Of a DNA stretch of 64,000 nucleotides, positions 47,691-56,967 are shown piece by piece. The notes under the pieces were generated by a model. The model ran no database searches, was not told the origin of the DNA, and was given only the letters and a program-made list of their open reading frames with translations. Each line of letters starts with the position of its first letter. Positions within the stretch are counted from its first letter, which is position 1. The position numbers were made by a program, and so were the translations under genes. The stretch spans positions 9,751-73,750 of the forward strand of contig JBBQSO010000017.1 of assembly GCA_038213805.1 (NCBI GenBank), given 5' to 3'. The DNA comes from Planctomycetota bacterium. Lineage in GTDB: Bacteria > Planctomycetota > UBA11346.

Positions 47691-49100
47691 ATGCGCACCC
47701 TCCTCCTGCTCCTGTTGTCTGCTCTCACCCTGCTGCGCGCCGGCGAGGCTGCCAAGCCCGCCTACGAGGTGATCGACTGGTCGAAGGCGCCCAAGGGCCA
47801 GTCCGGCGACCTCCACGGCGAGCTCAAGCACCCGGTCAAGAACTCCTCGATCATGCGCTGGCACATCTTCGCGCCGGCGGTCCTGCCTGACAAGCCGATC
47901 CTCGGGCTGATCCTCGCCTTCCACGGCCTGAACGGCAACGAGGACTCCCAGACCGGGATGGCGCACCAGAGCTTCGCCGAGAGCGCGCTGGCCGAGGGCT
48001 ACGTCATCGCCGGCGGCAAGTCGCTGGGCACCGGCTGGTCTTCCGGCGACGAGGCGGCGCTGCAGCAGTTCGTCGACTGGCTGCAGACCGTCTACCCGAT
48101 CGACAAGCGGCGCATGTTCATCTGGGGCCACTCCAACGGCGGCTTCATGTCGAGCTGGTTCGGCAGCCGCCACGCCGACCGCTTCGCCGGCCTGGTGCGC
48201 TTCAGTGGCTACGCCCAGGACGTGCCCGACAAGGCCGGCATGGGCCTGGAATACTACGTCGTCCACGGCGAGGCCGACCCGACCGTGAAGGTCGACCAGT
48301 CGCGCACCCTGCGCGACCGCCTCATGCACGGCTTCCACTACGTCTACCGCGAGATCAAGGGCGCCGACCACGGCAATTTCTTCGCCATCAAGCCGCTGCG
48401 CGACGACGCGGCACGCTGGATCGACGGCCTGCGCCACAAGACCGTCGCGCCCACCGAGAGCGAGCGCATCTGGCTCAAGGGCGTACTCACCGACCACACC
48501 GGCGACCCGCTGGCCAAGCCCGAGACCTGGACGGAGCTGGTGCGCATCGGCGGCGCGCTCGCCTGGCAGGTCGCCGGTCGCGCCGCGAAAGCCAAGGAGC
48601 CGGCCGTGCGCCTGGCCCTCGCCCAGGCCTGCGCACGTGTCCGCTTCGACGATGACGAGGCGGTGGCCGCACTGGCGAAGCTGTCCGACGACGCCGACGC
48701 CGGCGTGCGCACCGCCGCCATCGCCGCCCTGACCGTGCACGCGAACTGGCACGACCAGGCGGCCCAGACCGTGCTGGTCAAACTGGCGATGAACAAGAAG
48801 CGCAGCGGCGAGGATCGCATGTCCGCCAGCACCGGTCTGGCCCAGGTTCTTGCCCTGCCCATGCTCGGCACCTGGACCGATGACCCCGCCCTGTTCGAGG
48901 GCGCGGTGGCGCTGCTCGACAGCGACGTCGACGACATCCGCACCACCATCTTCGCGCCCATCAAGCCGGCGGTGGTGGACGGCCTGGGCTACGATCCGCT
49001 GGCCGCGGCCCCGGCGCGCAAGGCGCCGATCGAGGCGTGGCGCACCTGGTTCAGCGTGCGCAGCACGACCACCGGTGGCAAGACGGTCGCGGGGAAATAG
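47691..49100 (+). CDS. Secreted alpha/beta-hydrolase (esterase/depolymerase-like) with C-terminal HEAT-like repeats
   Basis: Has a signal peptide (MRTLLLLLLSALTLLRAGEA), LILAFHGLNGNEDS, the nucleophile elbow IWGHSNGGFM, and YYVVHGEADPTV. The C-terminus has VRLALAQA...AGVRTAAIAAL repeats. Confidence 0.65.
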   Translation: MRTLLLLLLSALTLLRAGEAAKPAYEVIDWSKAPKGQSGDLHGELKHPVKNSSIMRWHIFAPAVLPDKPILGLILAFHGLNGNEDSQTGMAHQSFAESALAEGYVIAGGKSLGTGWSSGDEAALQQFVDWLQTVYPIDKRRMFIWGHSNGGFMSSWFGSRHADRFAGLVRFSGYAQDVPDKAGMGLEYYVVHGEADPTVKVDQSRTLRDRLMHGFHYVYREIKGADHGNFFAIKPLRDDAARWIDGLRHKTVAPTESERIWLKGVLTDHTGDPLAKPETWTELVRIGGALAWQVAGRAAKAKEPAVRLALAQACARVRFDDDEAVAALAKLSDDADAGVRTAAIAALTVHANWHDQAAQTVLVKLAMNKKRSGEDRMSASTGLAQVLALPMLGTWTDDPALFEGAVALLDSDVDDIRTTIFAPIKPAVVDGLGYDPLAAAPARKAPIEAWRTWFSVRSTTTGGKTVAGK

Positions 49101-49109
49101 CGCCCGCCG

Positions 49110-50900
49110 TCAATCCTTGCCGACGTGACAGGTGCGGCAGACCGTGCTCTGGTTGAGGCGGTCGATGGTATGGCGCCCCGGCTGGTAGGGCGAAAGTTCC
49201 GCGTGGCATGCGCTGCAGGCCAGCGCATCGCGCAGCACCACGGTGTGGACGCGTTCGAAGTGCTGGAAGCCGGTGCGCTGCGCGCCGACCAGGGTGGCGA
49301 GGTCGTGGCAGACCAGGCAGGCCGCCTGCGGCGTGCGTACGGCCGCGGGATCCGCGACGACAACGGCGGGCGCCGGTGGCAGCGCGTGCGGCGCGGCGCC
49401 CGGCAGCGCCGCGATGGCGCGGCCGGCGAGGCGGCCCTGCAGGATCGCCGGACCGAGGAAGGTGCCTTCCAGCGCGGCCTTGCCGTTGAAGCCGCCCTGG
49501 CCGGTGACCTCGCCCACCGCGTAGAGGTTCGCGATCGGCTGCTGCCCGGCATCCAGCACCCGGCAGTCAAGGTCGACGCGGATGCCACCCATGCTCTTGC
49601 GCGTCACCGGGAAGAACTGGGCGGCGTAGAACGGTGGCGTGGCGATGCGCTGCGGCGGTGCTGCGCCGCCCGGCTCAAAGCGCTTGAAGTCGGCGTCGTC
49701 ACCCGCGTCGATGGCGGCGTTGTAGCGCGCGACCGCGCCCTCGACCGCCGCCGGCGGCAAGCCCCAGGCGGTGGCCAGCCCGGCCAGGGTCGGCGCCGAC
49801 TTCATCAGGGCGGGATTGTCGTAGAGCAGTTTCTGGATCTTCTCCGGGTTGGTGAAGTCGCTGCCCGCGACCAGCAGATCCTTGCGGCCGGCCTGGTCGA
49901 AGAGCATGAAGTACGTCGTCTGGCGCACGCGCAGCACCGCCGGCAGGGTGAACTTTGGGCCGGACACCTCGTTGGTGAAGCGCTGGCCGTCGAGATCGAG
50001 CCAGATCGCATTGGGGTTGCGTGCATGGATGCCGCGCGTGCCGTCGGGATAGCGCGGATCAGGCAGTCCGGTCGGGTAGTTCCATTGGTGGTCGAGCCTG
50101 CTGACCGCGGCGCCGACGCTGCGCGCCAGATCCAGGCCCGAGCCGCGCGCGTTGATGCCCGAGCCGATCAGCAGCCGCTGCGGGAAGGGCTGGCCCTGCG
50201 GCCAGTTCTCCTGCACCCAGGCGAGGTTGCTCTGGAAGCCGCCGGTGGCGATCACCACCGCCAGGCGCGCGCGCCACGCCACCGCCGTGCCGGTGCGGAT
50301 CGCGACGCCCTTCACGCCGCTGACGCGGCCCTGCTCGACCACCAGCGCGTCGACGCGGGTGTTCCAGCGGAAGGCGATCAGCGGCTCGTGCAGGCACTGC
50401 TGGTAGAGCGGCACCACCAGGCCGATGCCGCGATCCTTGGGGATGTGCATGCGCGGCACCGAATTGCCGGGAGGCTTGAGGAAGCCCTCGAACTGCACGC
50501 CCTGAGCGACCAGCCAGTCGTAGAGCTCGACGCGCGAGTGTTCGACGTAGTAGTCGACCCACGGCACGTTGTTGTCCTCGCCCCAGGCGAGCACGTCGCG
50601 GCGCGCCAGCGCGGGCGAGTCGGCGATGCCTTTCTGCTCCTGGAAGGCGGTGCCGACGATGCACACGCCGCCGGTGGCCATGACCGCGTGCCCGCCGAAC
50701 ACCGACCACATGTCGACCACCTGTACGCTCAGGCCGTGGCGCGCCGCCTCCAGCGCGGTGCACAGGCCCGCGATGCCGGCGCCGACCACCACCACGTCGG
50801 GCGCGTCGGCGGGCAGCGGCGGCTCCGCTGCGGTGGCAGGGTGCTGGAGCACGATGAGCATAGCCAGCGCGGCGAGGCGGTGGGTGGTCGCTGACATCAC
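49110..50900 (-). CDS. Periplasmic flavocytochrome: FAD_binding_2-type flavoprotein (fumarate reductase/KstD-like) with a C-terminal triheme c-type tail
   Basis: Has a signal peptide and the dinucleotide fold VVVVGAGIAGLCTALEAA. The last 69 aa carry three CxxCH motifs (CLVCH, CSACH, CRTCH; DNA 49113-49319). The start is GTG 50900 or ATG 50897. Confidence 0.8.
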   Translation of the reverse strand: MMSATTHRLAALAMLIVLQHPATAAEPPLPADAPDVVVVGAGIAGLCTALEAARHGLSVQVVDMWSVFGGHAVMATGGVCIVGTAFQEQKGIADSPALARRDVLAWGEDNNVPWVDYYVEHSRVELYDWLVAQGVQFEGFLKPPGNSVPRMHIPKDRGIGLVVPLYQQCLHEPLIAFRWNTRVDALVVEQGRVSGVKGVAIRTGTAVAWRARLAVVIATGGFQSNLAWVQENWPQGQPFPQRLLIGSGINARGSGLDLARSVGAAVSRLDHQWNYPTGLPDPRYPDGTRGIHARNPNAIWLDLDGQRFTNEVSGPKFTLPAVLRVRQTTYFMLFDQAGRKDLLVAGSDFTNPEKIQKLLYDNPALMKSAPTLAGLATAWGLPPAAVEGAVARYNAAIDAGDDADFKRFEPGGAAPPQRIATPPFYAAQFFPVTRKSMGGIRVDLDCRVLDAGQQPIANLYAVGEVTGQGGFNGKAALEGTFLGPAILQGRLAGRAIAALPGAAPHALPPAPAVVVADPAAVRTPQAACLVCHDLATLVGAQRTGFQHFERVHTVVLRDALACSACHAELSPYQPGRHTIDRLNQSTVCRTCHVGKD

Positions 50901-51202
50901 GTGGGCTCCCGTGGGCTACCGGGAAGGGCACGGCTGCTGGCGCGCCGTGGCCGGTTCCGGCGACCACCTCATAGGTGGCGGTGGCCCGGCCCGCAAGGTC
51001 ACACGGTGGCGTCCATGCATGCGGGATCCGCCGAGGCGGCACCAGAGTTCAGTGGAGTAATGGGATAAAAAGGTCTTTTTATAAGGAAACAACTTGGCCC
51101 GCCCTAGAATGAGTACCTCGACACCATCGCCGCACGTGACGCCAGGACCCGGCGGAACCGCCATGCGGTCCGCTCCCGCAGACCTCCCAGAAGGACCAGC
51201 CC

Positions 51203-51586
51203 ATGCAATCCAACCACATCGCCATCTGGATGGACCACCGCGAAGCGCGGGTCTTCCACATCACCCGCGAGCGCACTGAAGAGGAAACCCTGAAGGCGCA
51301 CCGCCCGGTGCACCACCAGCACCAGCGCGGTCCGGATGGCGGCATTGCCCATCCCGAGGACGATCGCCGGTTCTTTCACGAGATCGCGCGCGCCATCGAT
51401 TCAGCTACTGACATCCTGATCGTGGGCCCGTCGTCGGCGAAGCTGCAGTTCATTCGCTACCTGCACCTCCACGAGCACGCGCTAGAGCCGAAGATCGTCG
51501 GCGTCGAGACCGTCGACCATCCCACCGACCGGCAGATCATCGCCTATGCGGAGACCTACTTTAAGAAGACCGACCAGATGCGCTGA
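51203..51586 (+). CDS. Small (127 aa) protein resembling the eRF1/Pelota central domain (the family RefSeq labels 'translational machinery protein', as I recall)
   Basis: Contains HIAIWMDHREARVFHI...HHQHQRG...EDDRRFFHEIARAI..ATDILIVGPSSAKLQFIRYL...VGVETVDHPTDRQIIAYAETYF. The VGP(S/G)xxK..F..YL block parallels Pelota/eRF1 domain 2. Family membership comes from memory of similar sequences and is not verified. Confidence 0.55.
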   Translation: MQSNHIAIWMDHREARVFHITRERTEEETLKAHRPVHHQHQRGPDGGIAHPEDDRRFFHEIARAIDSATDILIVGPSSAKLQFIRYLHLHEHALEPKIVGVETVDHPTDRQIIAYAETYFKKTDQMR

Positions 51587-51635
51587 GCAGCCGTCGCCCT
51601 GATCGTCCGGCCGCGCCGCGCTCGGCCCGCATCCA

Positions 51636-53321
51636 CTACTTCGTCTGCTTCGCCCGCTCCACATCGCCTGCGTTCGCGCTATAGACGCGCACGTAGTCGA
51701 CGTACATGTCGGCGATGCCGCCGTAGCGCGAGAGATCGACCGGCCAGCCGCCGCCGGTGGCGAGGTTGATCAGGAAGTAGAAGGGGGTCTTCTTCGAGAC
51801 CTCCATGGTCGGGTGGCGGCCCATCTCGACATCGTCGCAGTAATAGATGGTGTCGGTCGCGGTGATCTTGCAGCCGTAGGTGTGGAAGGTCTGGAACCAC
51901 GTGGACGCGATGCCCTTGGCGCGCATCGACACCACGGGCGCGCCCGGGCCGATGGCCTTCAGCGCGGCGTCCTCGGCGCGCTTGCCGGCCCCGCCCTGGT
52001 TCCAGGCGTGCGGGGTGATGCAGAACTTGTCGCCGGCGTTGGGGCGGCCCGCGCCCTCGCCGCCGTAAGCCTCGATGATGTCGAGTTCGTCGCAGGGCGC
52101 GCGCTGGTCCGGGTAGGCGGCGGGCTTGTTCAGCAGCCAGAACGCCGGCCACGCGCCGGTGGCGTTGGCGCCCAGCAGGCGGCACTCGAAGTAGCACGGC
52201 GCGCTCGCCACCACGCCAGAGCCGTCCTTCTTCAGCGCCGAGAGCAGGCCGGCGCTGTGCTTACCCTCGTCGGCGCGGATGCGCAGCCAGGTGCCGACCT
52301 GGGTGAAGGGATTGCCCGGCTCGGCCAGGTCGGTGAAGCGCAGGCTGCTGAAATCCTGGCCGCCGTCCGGCGGCTTGTGGCTGAAATACGTGGCCGTCGC
52401 GTCGCTGGCCGAGATGGACGGCAGCTTCGCGAAGTCGTCCGCGAACAGCAGGGTCATGTCGGCGGCCGCGGGCGGCGCGGTCCTGGGCATGCCCTCCAGG
52501 AACGGCACGCCGCCGCGGTTGAAGAGCTGCAGCCAGCAGGTGTCGTGCAGACTGCCGTTGCTGGCGGTGATGCGCACGCACAGCGGCCCGTGCGGGAAGT
52601 CGTTCGCCGGGAAGGTCACCGAACCCTTGCCCGCGGCGTCGAGGGTGATGGTCCCGACCGTGGCTTCGGCACCGGCGCCGGCGCCCTGCTTCCAGCAGCT
52701 CACCGTCGCCGTGGCCAGACCCGGCGCGACGATGCTGAGCGGAGTGTCGCCCTGGATGTCGGCACCGTACGCGGGCGCGGTCATCGCGACCACGCCGCGC
52801 TCGACATTCGGATCGATCGCCACCGGCGTGACCGCGACCTCGGCGGCGCTCGCGAAGCCGCCCACGCCCTCCAGCACCTCGAGGCGGACGTAGCGCGCCT
52901 GGACGGGCGCGAACACCGCGACCTTGCGCTTGGGCGTCGCGGCCCACTGGCCGTCCTTCGCGACCACGGTGAAGGCCAACCCGTCGCTGCTGACCGCGAC
53001 ATTGTAGCGGGTCACGGTGCCGTTGCCGCCATCCGGCCGCGGCTGGTACAGCAGGCACGCGACCGTGGCCACCTCACCCTGGTCGATCATCAGCCACTGC
53101 GGCAGGGTCGCGCGCGGCTCGCCCCAGCGGCTGTGCCACAGGCTGCCGCCGTCGCCGTCAAGCGCGCGACCGGGCTCGTTGCCGCCCTGGAAGCTGCTCG
53201 CGGTGGCGACCGGCTGCGGCTTCGCGGCGGTGCCCTCGGCGGCCGGCGCAGCGCTGGTCATCACACTCAGCAGTATGGCGGAAATCGTGACTGCGCAGGA
53301 CAGCAGGGCGGCGTGGCGCAT
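51636..53321 (-). CDS. Secreted F5/8-type-C (CBM32-like) + Ig-like + glycoside hydrolase family 16 protein
   Basis: The N-terminal discoidin-like domain reads GNEPGRALDGDGGSLWHSRWG...ARYVRLEVLEG. The C-terminal domain has the GH16 catalytic motif ELDIIE (CDELDIIEAYGG). The start is at MRHAALL (53321). Confidence 0.8.
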   Translation of the reverse strand: MRHAALLSCAVTISAILLSVMTSAAPAAEGTAAKPQPVATASSFQGGNEPGRALDGDGGSLWHSRWGEPRATLPQWLMIDQGEVATVACLLYQPRPDGGNGTVTRYNVAVSSDGLAFTVVAKDGQWAATPKRKVAVFAPVQARYVRLEVLEGVGGFASAAEVAVTPVAIDPNVERGVVAMTAPAYGADIQGDTPLSIVAPGLATATVSCWKQGAGAGAEATVGTITLDAAGKGSVTFPANDFPHGPLCVRITASNGSLHDTCWLQLFNRGGVPFLEGMPRTAPPAAADMTLLFADDFAKLPSISASDATATYFSHKPPDGGQDFSSLRFTDLAEPGNPFTQVGTWLRIRADEGKHSAGLLSALKKDGSGVVASAPCYFECRLLGANATGAWPAFWLLNKPAAYPDQRAPCDELDIIEAYGGEGAGRPNAGDKFCITPHAWNQGGAGKRAEDAALKAIGPGAPVVSMRAKGIASTWFQTFHTYGCKITATDTIYYCDDVEMGRHPTMEVSKKTPFYFLINLATGGGWPVDLSRYGGIADMYVDYVRVYSANAGDVERAKQTK

Positions 53322-53571
53322 CGGGACTCCTTGGGCAGATCCAAACGCCAGGCAGCCTGCGCTGTGACCCACGTGCGGCTTGGCTTCAGATGTTTCGGCG
53401 GCGGTGGCATCCGTCCATCGCCACCTTCCCGCCCGTGGCGCACGGGGCGGATGCGGGAAGCGGCTTTCACCCATGGTGCAGGTGGATGGGTGAAGAACGC
53501 GCTGTGCGTGCCCAACCCGTGGGATCGAGGCCACGCCATTTTTCCTCGCAGCCGCCCGCTGCGCGCGCTTC

Positions 53572-54158
53572 CTACTTCGGCATCACATTGAAGGTGCCGT
53601 AGATCTCGTTGACCGCCGGCTGGTGAGCCGCGTCCTTGAGCTGCTAGGTGATCGCCACCTGCGTAGCTGAGCACGCCTGCGCGCCGTTGCGGTTGAGGCC
53701 GCGGTACTGCGTCCAGTGCAGCGGCAGGTTGCCGATGCCGCGGCTGCGTGGATCGGCGAGCGTGTCGGCCATACCGCCCCAGCCGGGACCGGGGCGCGTG
53801 CCGCAGACCGCCGTGCCCGTGGCCGTCGCGGGCCCGGCACCCAGGCCGCCCTTGGCCGGGGTGGTGGCGGTCATGTCGACGAAGCCGCCGCTCCACGCGG
53901 CCGCCAGCCGCATGGTCTCGGCGTCGTAGCACACGGCGTTGCCGCCGCCGAGGTCGATGCTGATGCCCGTGAGGACGACGTCGGCCTTCGCCGGATCGGC
54001 AGGGTTGTGCAGGAAGTAGTGCACACCTGCCCGTAGTCCATGCGCCCGCAGAGGCTGTGCACCTCTTTGCCCGGCTTGACCTCGACCTATTCTTCGGTCC
54101 AAGCGGCGCCGCTTATCAGCAGGGCGGCGCCGAAGGCGGCGGTGCAAGCGCCGTGCAT
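53572..54158 (-). pseudogene. Decayed N-terminal fragment of a PVC dehydrogenase/cytochrome-family gene (two in-frame TAG stops plus a frameshift)
   Basis: The ATG at 54158 overlaps the upstream TGA (ATGA). It reads MHGACTAAFGAALLISGAAWTEE*VEVKPGKEVHSLCGRMDYGQ, then shifts frame to VHYFLHNPADPAKADVVLTGISIDLGGGNAVCYDAETMRLAAAWSGGFVDM...QVAIT*QLKD...MPK*. The MDYG...ISIDLGG...CYDAETMRLAAAWSGGF pattern resembles the N-terminal region of the large PVC proteins (compare FDARFLAVRSIWGGGF in 30351..33023). Only ~190 codons remain. Confidence 0.55.
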
Positions 54159-55162
54159 CACGGCTTTTGCTCAAGCCACACGTTGCGGTAGTACACCGGG
54201 TTCTGGTGATCCTGCAGCCACAGCGGACCGCCCTGCGCGGTCTCGGCCTTCTTCTTGTTCGCGCCGGTACCGGACTTCACCTCGGTGTGGTCCTGGACCA
54301 TGACCCCGTTCAGGCGCACGGTGACCGCGGCGTTGCCGGTCTTCTTGCCGGCGGCGTCGAACATGGGTCCCTGCCAGTCGATGTCATAGGTCTGCCAGGT
54401 CAGCGGCGGGTAGCAGGCGTTGACCAGCGGCGGCACCACGGTGTACAGCGAACCGATGTCGTTGGCCTGCGGCTTGAGTCCGAAGGAATCCAGCACCTGG
54501 ATCTCGTAGGTGTGATGGATGTAGATGCCGCTGTTGCCGCGCTCCTGGCTGCGTGCGAACGGCTTGAACGGCAGGCGGAACTCGACGTGTAGGTGGTAGC
54601 TGGTGAAGTTCTTCTTGGTCTCGGCGCCGATGGTCAGGCACTTCTCGCCCTCGATGGTTTCGATCTTGCCGTCCTTCCACGCGTCGGTGTTGGCGCCGTC
54701 GAACAGCACGTCCGCGCCCGCCGGCGCCTTCGCGCCCATGGTTGGGCTGACGCGCGTGACCTTCTTGAGGGTGAAGGCCGCGCCGGCGTCGGTGGTGCCG
54801 GTGAACGTCGGTCCGGTGAGGACGCCGTGCCAGCCAACCTGCCCGAAGGTGGCGGTGTCGCCGCTGGCCTTGCCTTCGACCTCGAAGCGTTCGGTGCCGT
54901 TCCAGCCGTCGCCGGGCAGGCCGCCTGGCTCGAACACCGCGAGGAATGTGCCATCGCCCTGCGCGATCACCTGCACGGCGAGCTGCTTGCCGCCGGCGGT
55001 GCCAAGGTACTCGCCCTGCACCAGATAGTCCGCGCCGGCCGCGGCGACGGTAGTGGCGATCAGGTGGCCCTCCTTGGCTTCCGCACCGTCGAGCCCGGGC
55101 AGGCAAATGAGGAAGCCGCCAGCGAGCGCGCTGCGGAGGAGGGGCGAGCGGAGGGAGGTCAT
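54158..55162 (-). CDS. DUF1080 (3-keto-disaccharide hydrolase-like, concanavalin-fold) secreted protein
   Basis: Starts at MTSLRSPLL (55162). The C-terminal half reads DVLFDGANTDAWK...YHLHVEFRLP...GNSGIYIHHTYEIQVLDS...GPLWLQDHQNPVYYRNVWL, the DUF1080 signature pattern. Confidence 0.8.
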   Translation of the reverse strand: MTSLRSPLLRSALAGGFLICLPGLDGAEAKEGHLIATTVAAAGADYLVQGEYLGTAGGKQLAVQVIAQGDGTFLAVFEPGGLPGDGWNGTERFEVEGKASGDTATFGQVGWHGVLTGPTFTGTTDAGAAFTLKKVTRVSPTMGAKAPAGADVLFDGANTDAWKDGKIETIEGEKCLTIGAETKKNFTSYHLHVEFRLPFKPFARSQERGNSGIYIHHTYEIQVLDSFGLKPQANDIGSLYTVVPPLVNACYPPLTWQTYDIDWQGPMFDAAGKKTGNAAVTVRLNGVMVQDHTEVKSGTGANKKKAETAQGGPLWLQDHQNPVYYRNVWLEQKP

Positions 55163-55575
55163 GAGGCTTCCTTGGGTCACGGGCGGGCGCAGCGGTCGAC
55201 GGACTCTACCAGGGCATCCGGACGATGCTGTACGCCCTGAAGGTGGCCCTGTTTCCACGTCGTAGCAGATTGGCGCTGGGGCAGCCGCGGTTACCCGCCT
55301 ATTCCGCCCCGGGTTGCCGCGGACGATTCCCCATTTGCCCGATCCGATCATCCGACCGCACCGCACCCGGAGCGTAGCGTCATGCGGGATGACATCAGAC
55401 GGATGGAATCGCCAAGACTCCAAAGACCAGAGGATCTCGACCGTGGACGCACTCGTCGCCACTGCTCGCCCACCTAGACAATCGGTTTCCCGGTCCAGGT
55501 GGGCTGTCACCGTGGCGACGTGGCCTTTTGGCGATTCAATCTTGCGGATGGATCCAGAAGCGGAGATCCCTGGGT

Positions 55576-56715
55576 TCAGGGCGCCTTCGCCGGCACGTAC
55601 CCCTGCCACAGCCACTCCAGCGCGTGCGGCAGGATCTGCCCGTGCGCGGGTCCCAGTCCGTGGCCGACGTGCTGGCAGAACAGGTACTGGTAGTGGTAGC
55701 CCTTCGCTTTCAGCACCTTGGCCATGCGGTTGTTCGCCTCGACCCAGTCGTGCATGCCGTCGCGCATCACGTTGGGATTGAGCAGGTCGTGGTCACCGAC
55801 GGCCATGAACATGCGGATCGGCTTCGGCGCGCTCTCCGGGATGAGTTTCTCGTGGAAGTCCCAGGCGCCGTCGGGCGTCGCCGGATCGAAGGGCCACTGC
55901 TGATTCACGAAGGTGCCCGAAAAGGTCAGCACGCGGTGGTACAGGTCCGGGTGGTACCACGCCATGATCAGCGCGGCGGAACCGCCAGAGCTGGTACCCA
56001 GGGTCGCGCGGCCTTCCGGGTCCTTGGTCAGGGTGACGCCGTACTCCTTCGCGACGCGGGGCAGCACGTGGGTCTCGATGTATTCCGCGTACAGACCCGA
56101 CATGGTGTCGTACTCGCGGCCGCGCTCGTGCCCCTGGGCGTCGCCGCCGCCGTTGCTGATCATGATGGCGATCTGCGCCGGCACGCGCTTCTGCGCGATG
56201 AGGTTGTCCAGCACGTGCGCCAGGCCCAGGTCCGGGTGCCCCATGCCGGGGCCATCGTGGGTGACGATGAAGGGCGCGGCGGTGCCCGGCACGTACTGCG
56301 CCGGAACGTATACGGTGATGGTGCGCGTGTAGTCGATCGGATGGGTCTCGACGATCAGCGTCTTCGGGTTCTTGGGGTCGACGGTGCCGAAGACGTTGCG
56401 GGCGATGCCCGGGTTCAGCAGCGTACCGTCCTTCGAATTCAGGGTGAACTGCTGGACTTTTCCCTGCGGGACGCCATCGACGACCGTGAACTCAGGCGCC
56501 TGGACGTAGTCGGGGCCGATCAGGAAATCGCCGTCCACGTCGACCGGCGGGTTGGCGCCCGGCTTGCCGTCCAGGCGCGTGAAGGTCGGCGCACCCGGCA
56601 TGTCGAAGGGACGCGTCGGCGGACCGTTGTCCTTCTTCGGCGCCGGCGGCGCGTCGGCTGCGAAGGCGGTCGAAGCGATGGCGAGCATGCTCGCCAGGAT
56701 GATTCTCGGGGACAT
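55576..56715 (-). CDS. Secreted esterase-family protein (enterochelin-esterase/CE1-like alpha/beta hydrolase)
   Basis: Starts at MSPRIILASMLAIASTAFA. Has the nucleophile elbow LGTSSGGSAAL, and also VYVPAQYVPG and FMAVGDHDLLN. Confidence 0.75.
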   Translation of the reverse strand: MSPRIILASMLAIASTAFAADAPPAPKKDNGPPTRPFDMPGAPTFTRLDGKPGANPPVDVDGDFLIGPDYVQAPEFTVVDGVPQGKVQQFTLNSKDGTLLNPGIARNVFGTVDPKNPKTLIVETHPIDYTRTITVYVPAQYVPGTAAPFIVTHDGPGMGHPDLGLAHVLDNLIAQKRVPAQIAIMISNGGGDAQGHERGREYDTMSGLYAEYIETHVLPRVAKEYGVTLTKDPEGRATLGTSSGGSAALIMAWYHPDLYHRVLTFSGTFVNQQWPFDPATPDGAWDFHEKLIPESAPKPIRMFMAVGDHDLLNPNVMRDGMHDWVEANNRMAKVLKAKGYHYQYLFCQHVGHGLGPAHGQILPHALEWLWQGYVPAKAP

Positions 56716-56967
56716 CGCTGCTCCAGATGGGGGCTGTCGAGTAGAGGCGGTCGCACGCGCGGCGTCAACGCACGGGCGTGCAGCCGGGGTACAGGCGCGG
56801 GCATGGATGGGCCGGTCACTGCCGGAATGAATGGATCCACCAGGTGTTACGGCGCTGCCGGGGTTCTGTTTCCCCGACCCCACGTTGACAACGGTCGGTG
56901 GTTTCCAGGGTATCACGCGGCATGGCGCCCCATTCTTGCGGCGCCGCAACCCGGTAAAGGTCCTGCC

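Noticed and set aside
53572-54158. Programmed TAG read-through or pyrrolysine recoding to explain the two in-frame TAGs
   Set aside because: TAG is used as an ordinary stop by intact genes here (for example at 49098-49100 and 62944-62946). There is also a frameshift and a severe truncation. No pyl genes were seen.
53644-54174. 176-aa track ORF taken as an intact gene
   Set aside because: Its first ~45 residues are Arg-rich junk from the wrong frame. The homologous signal continues across a frameshift and two TAG stops. It is called a pseudogene instead.
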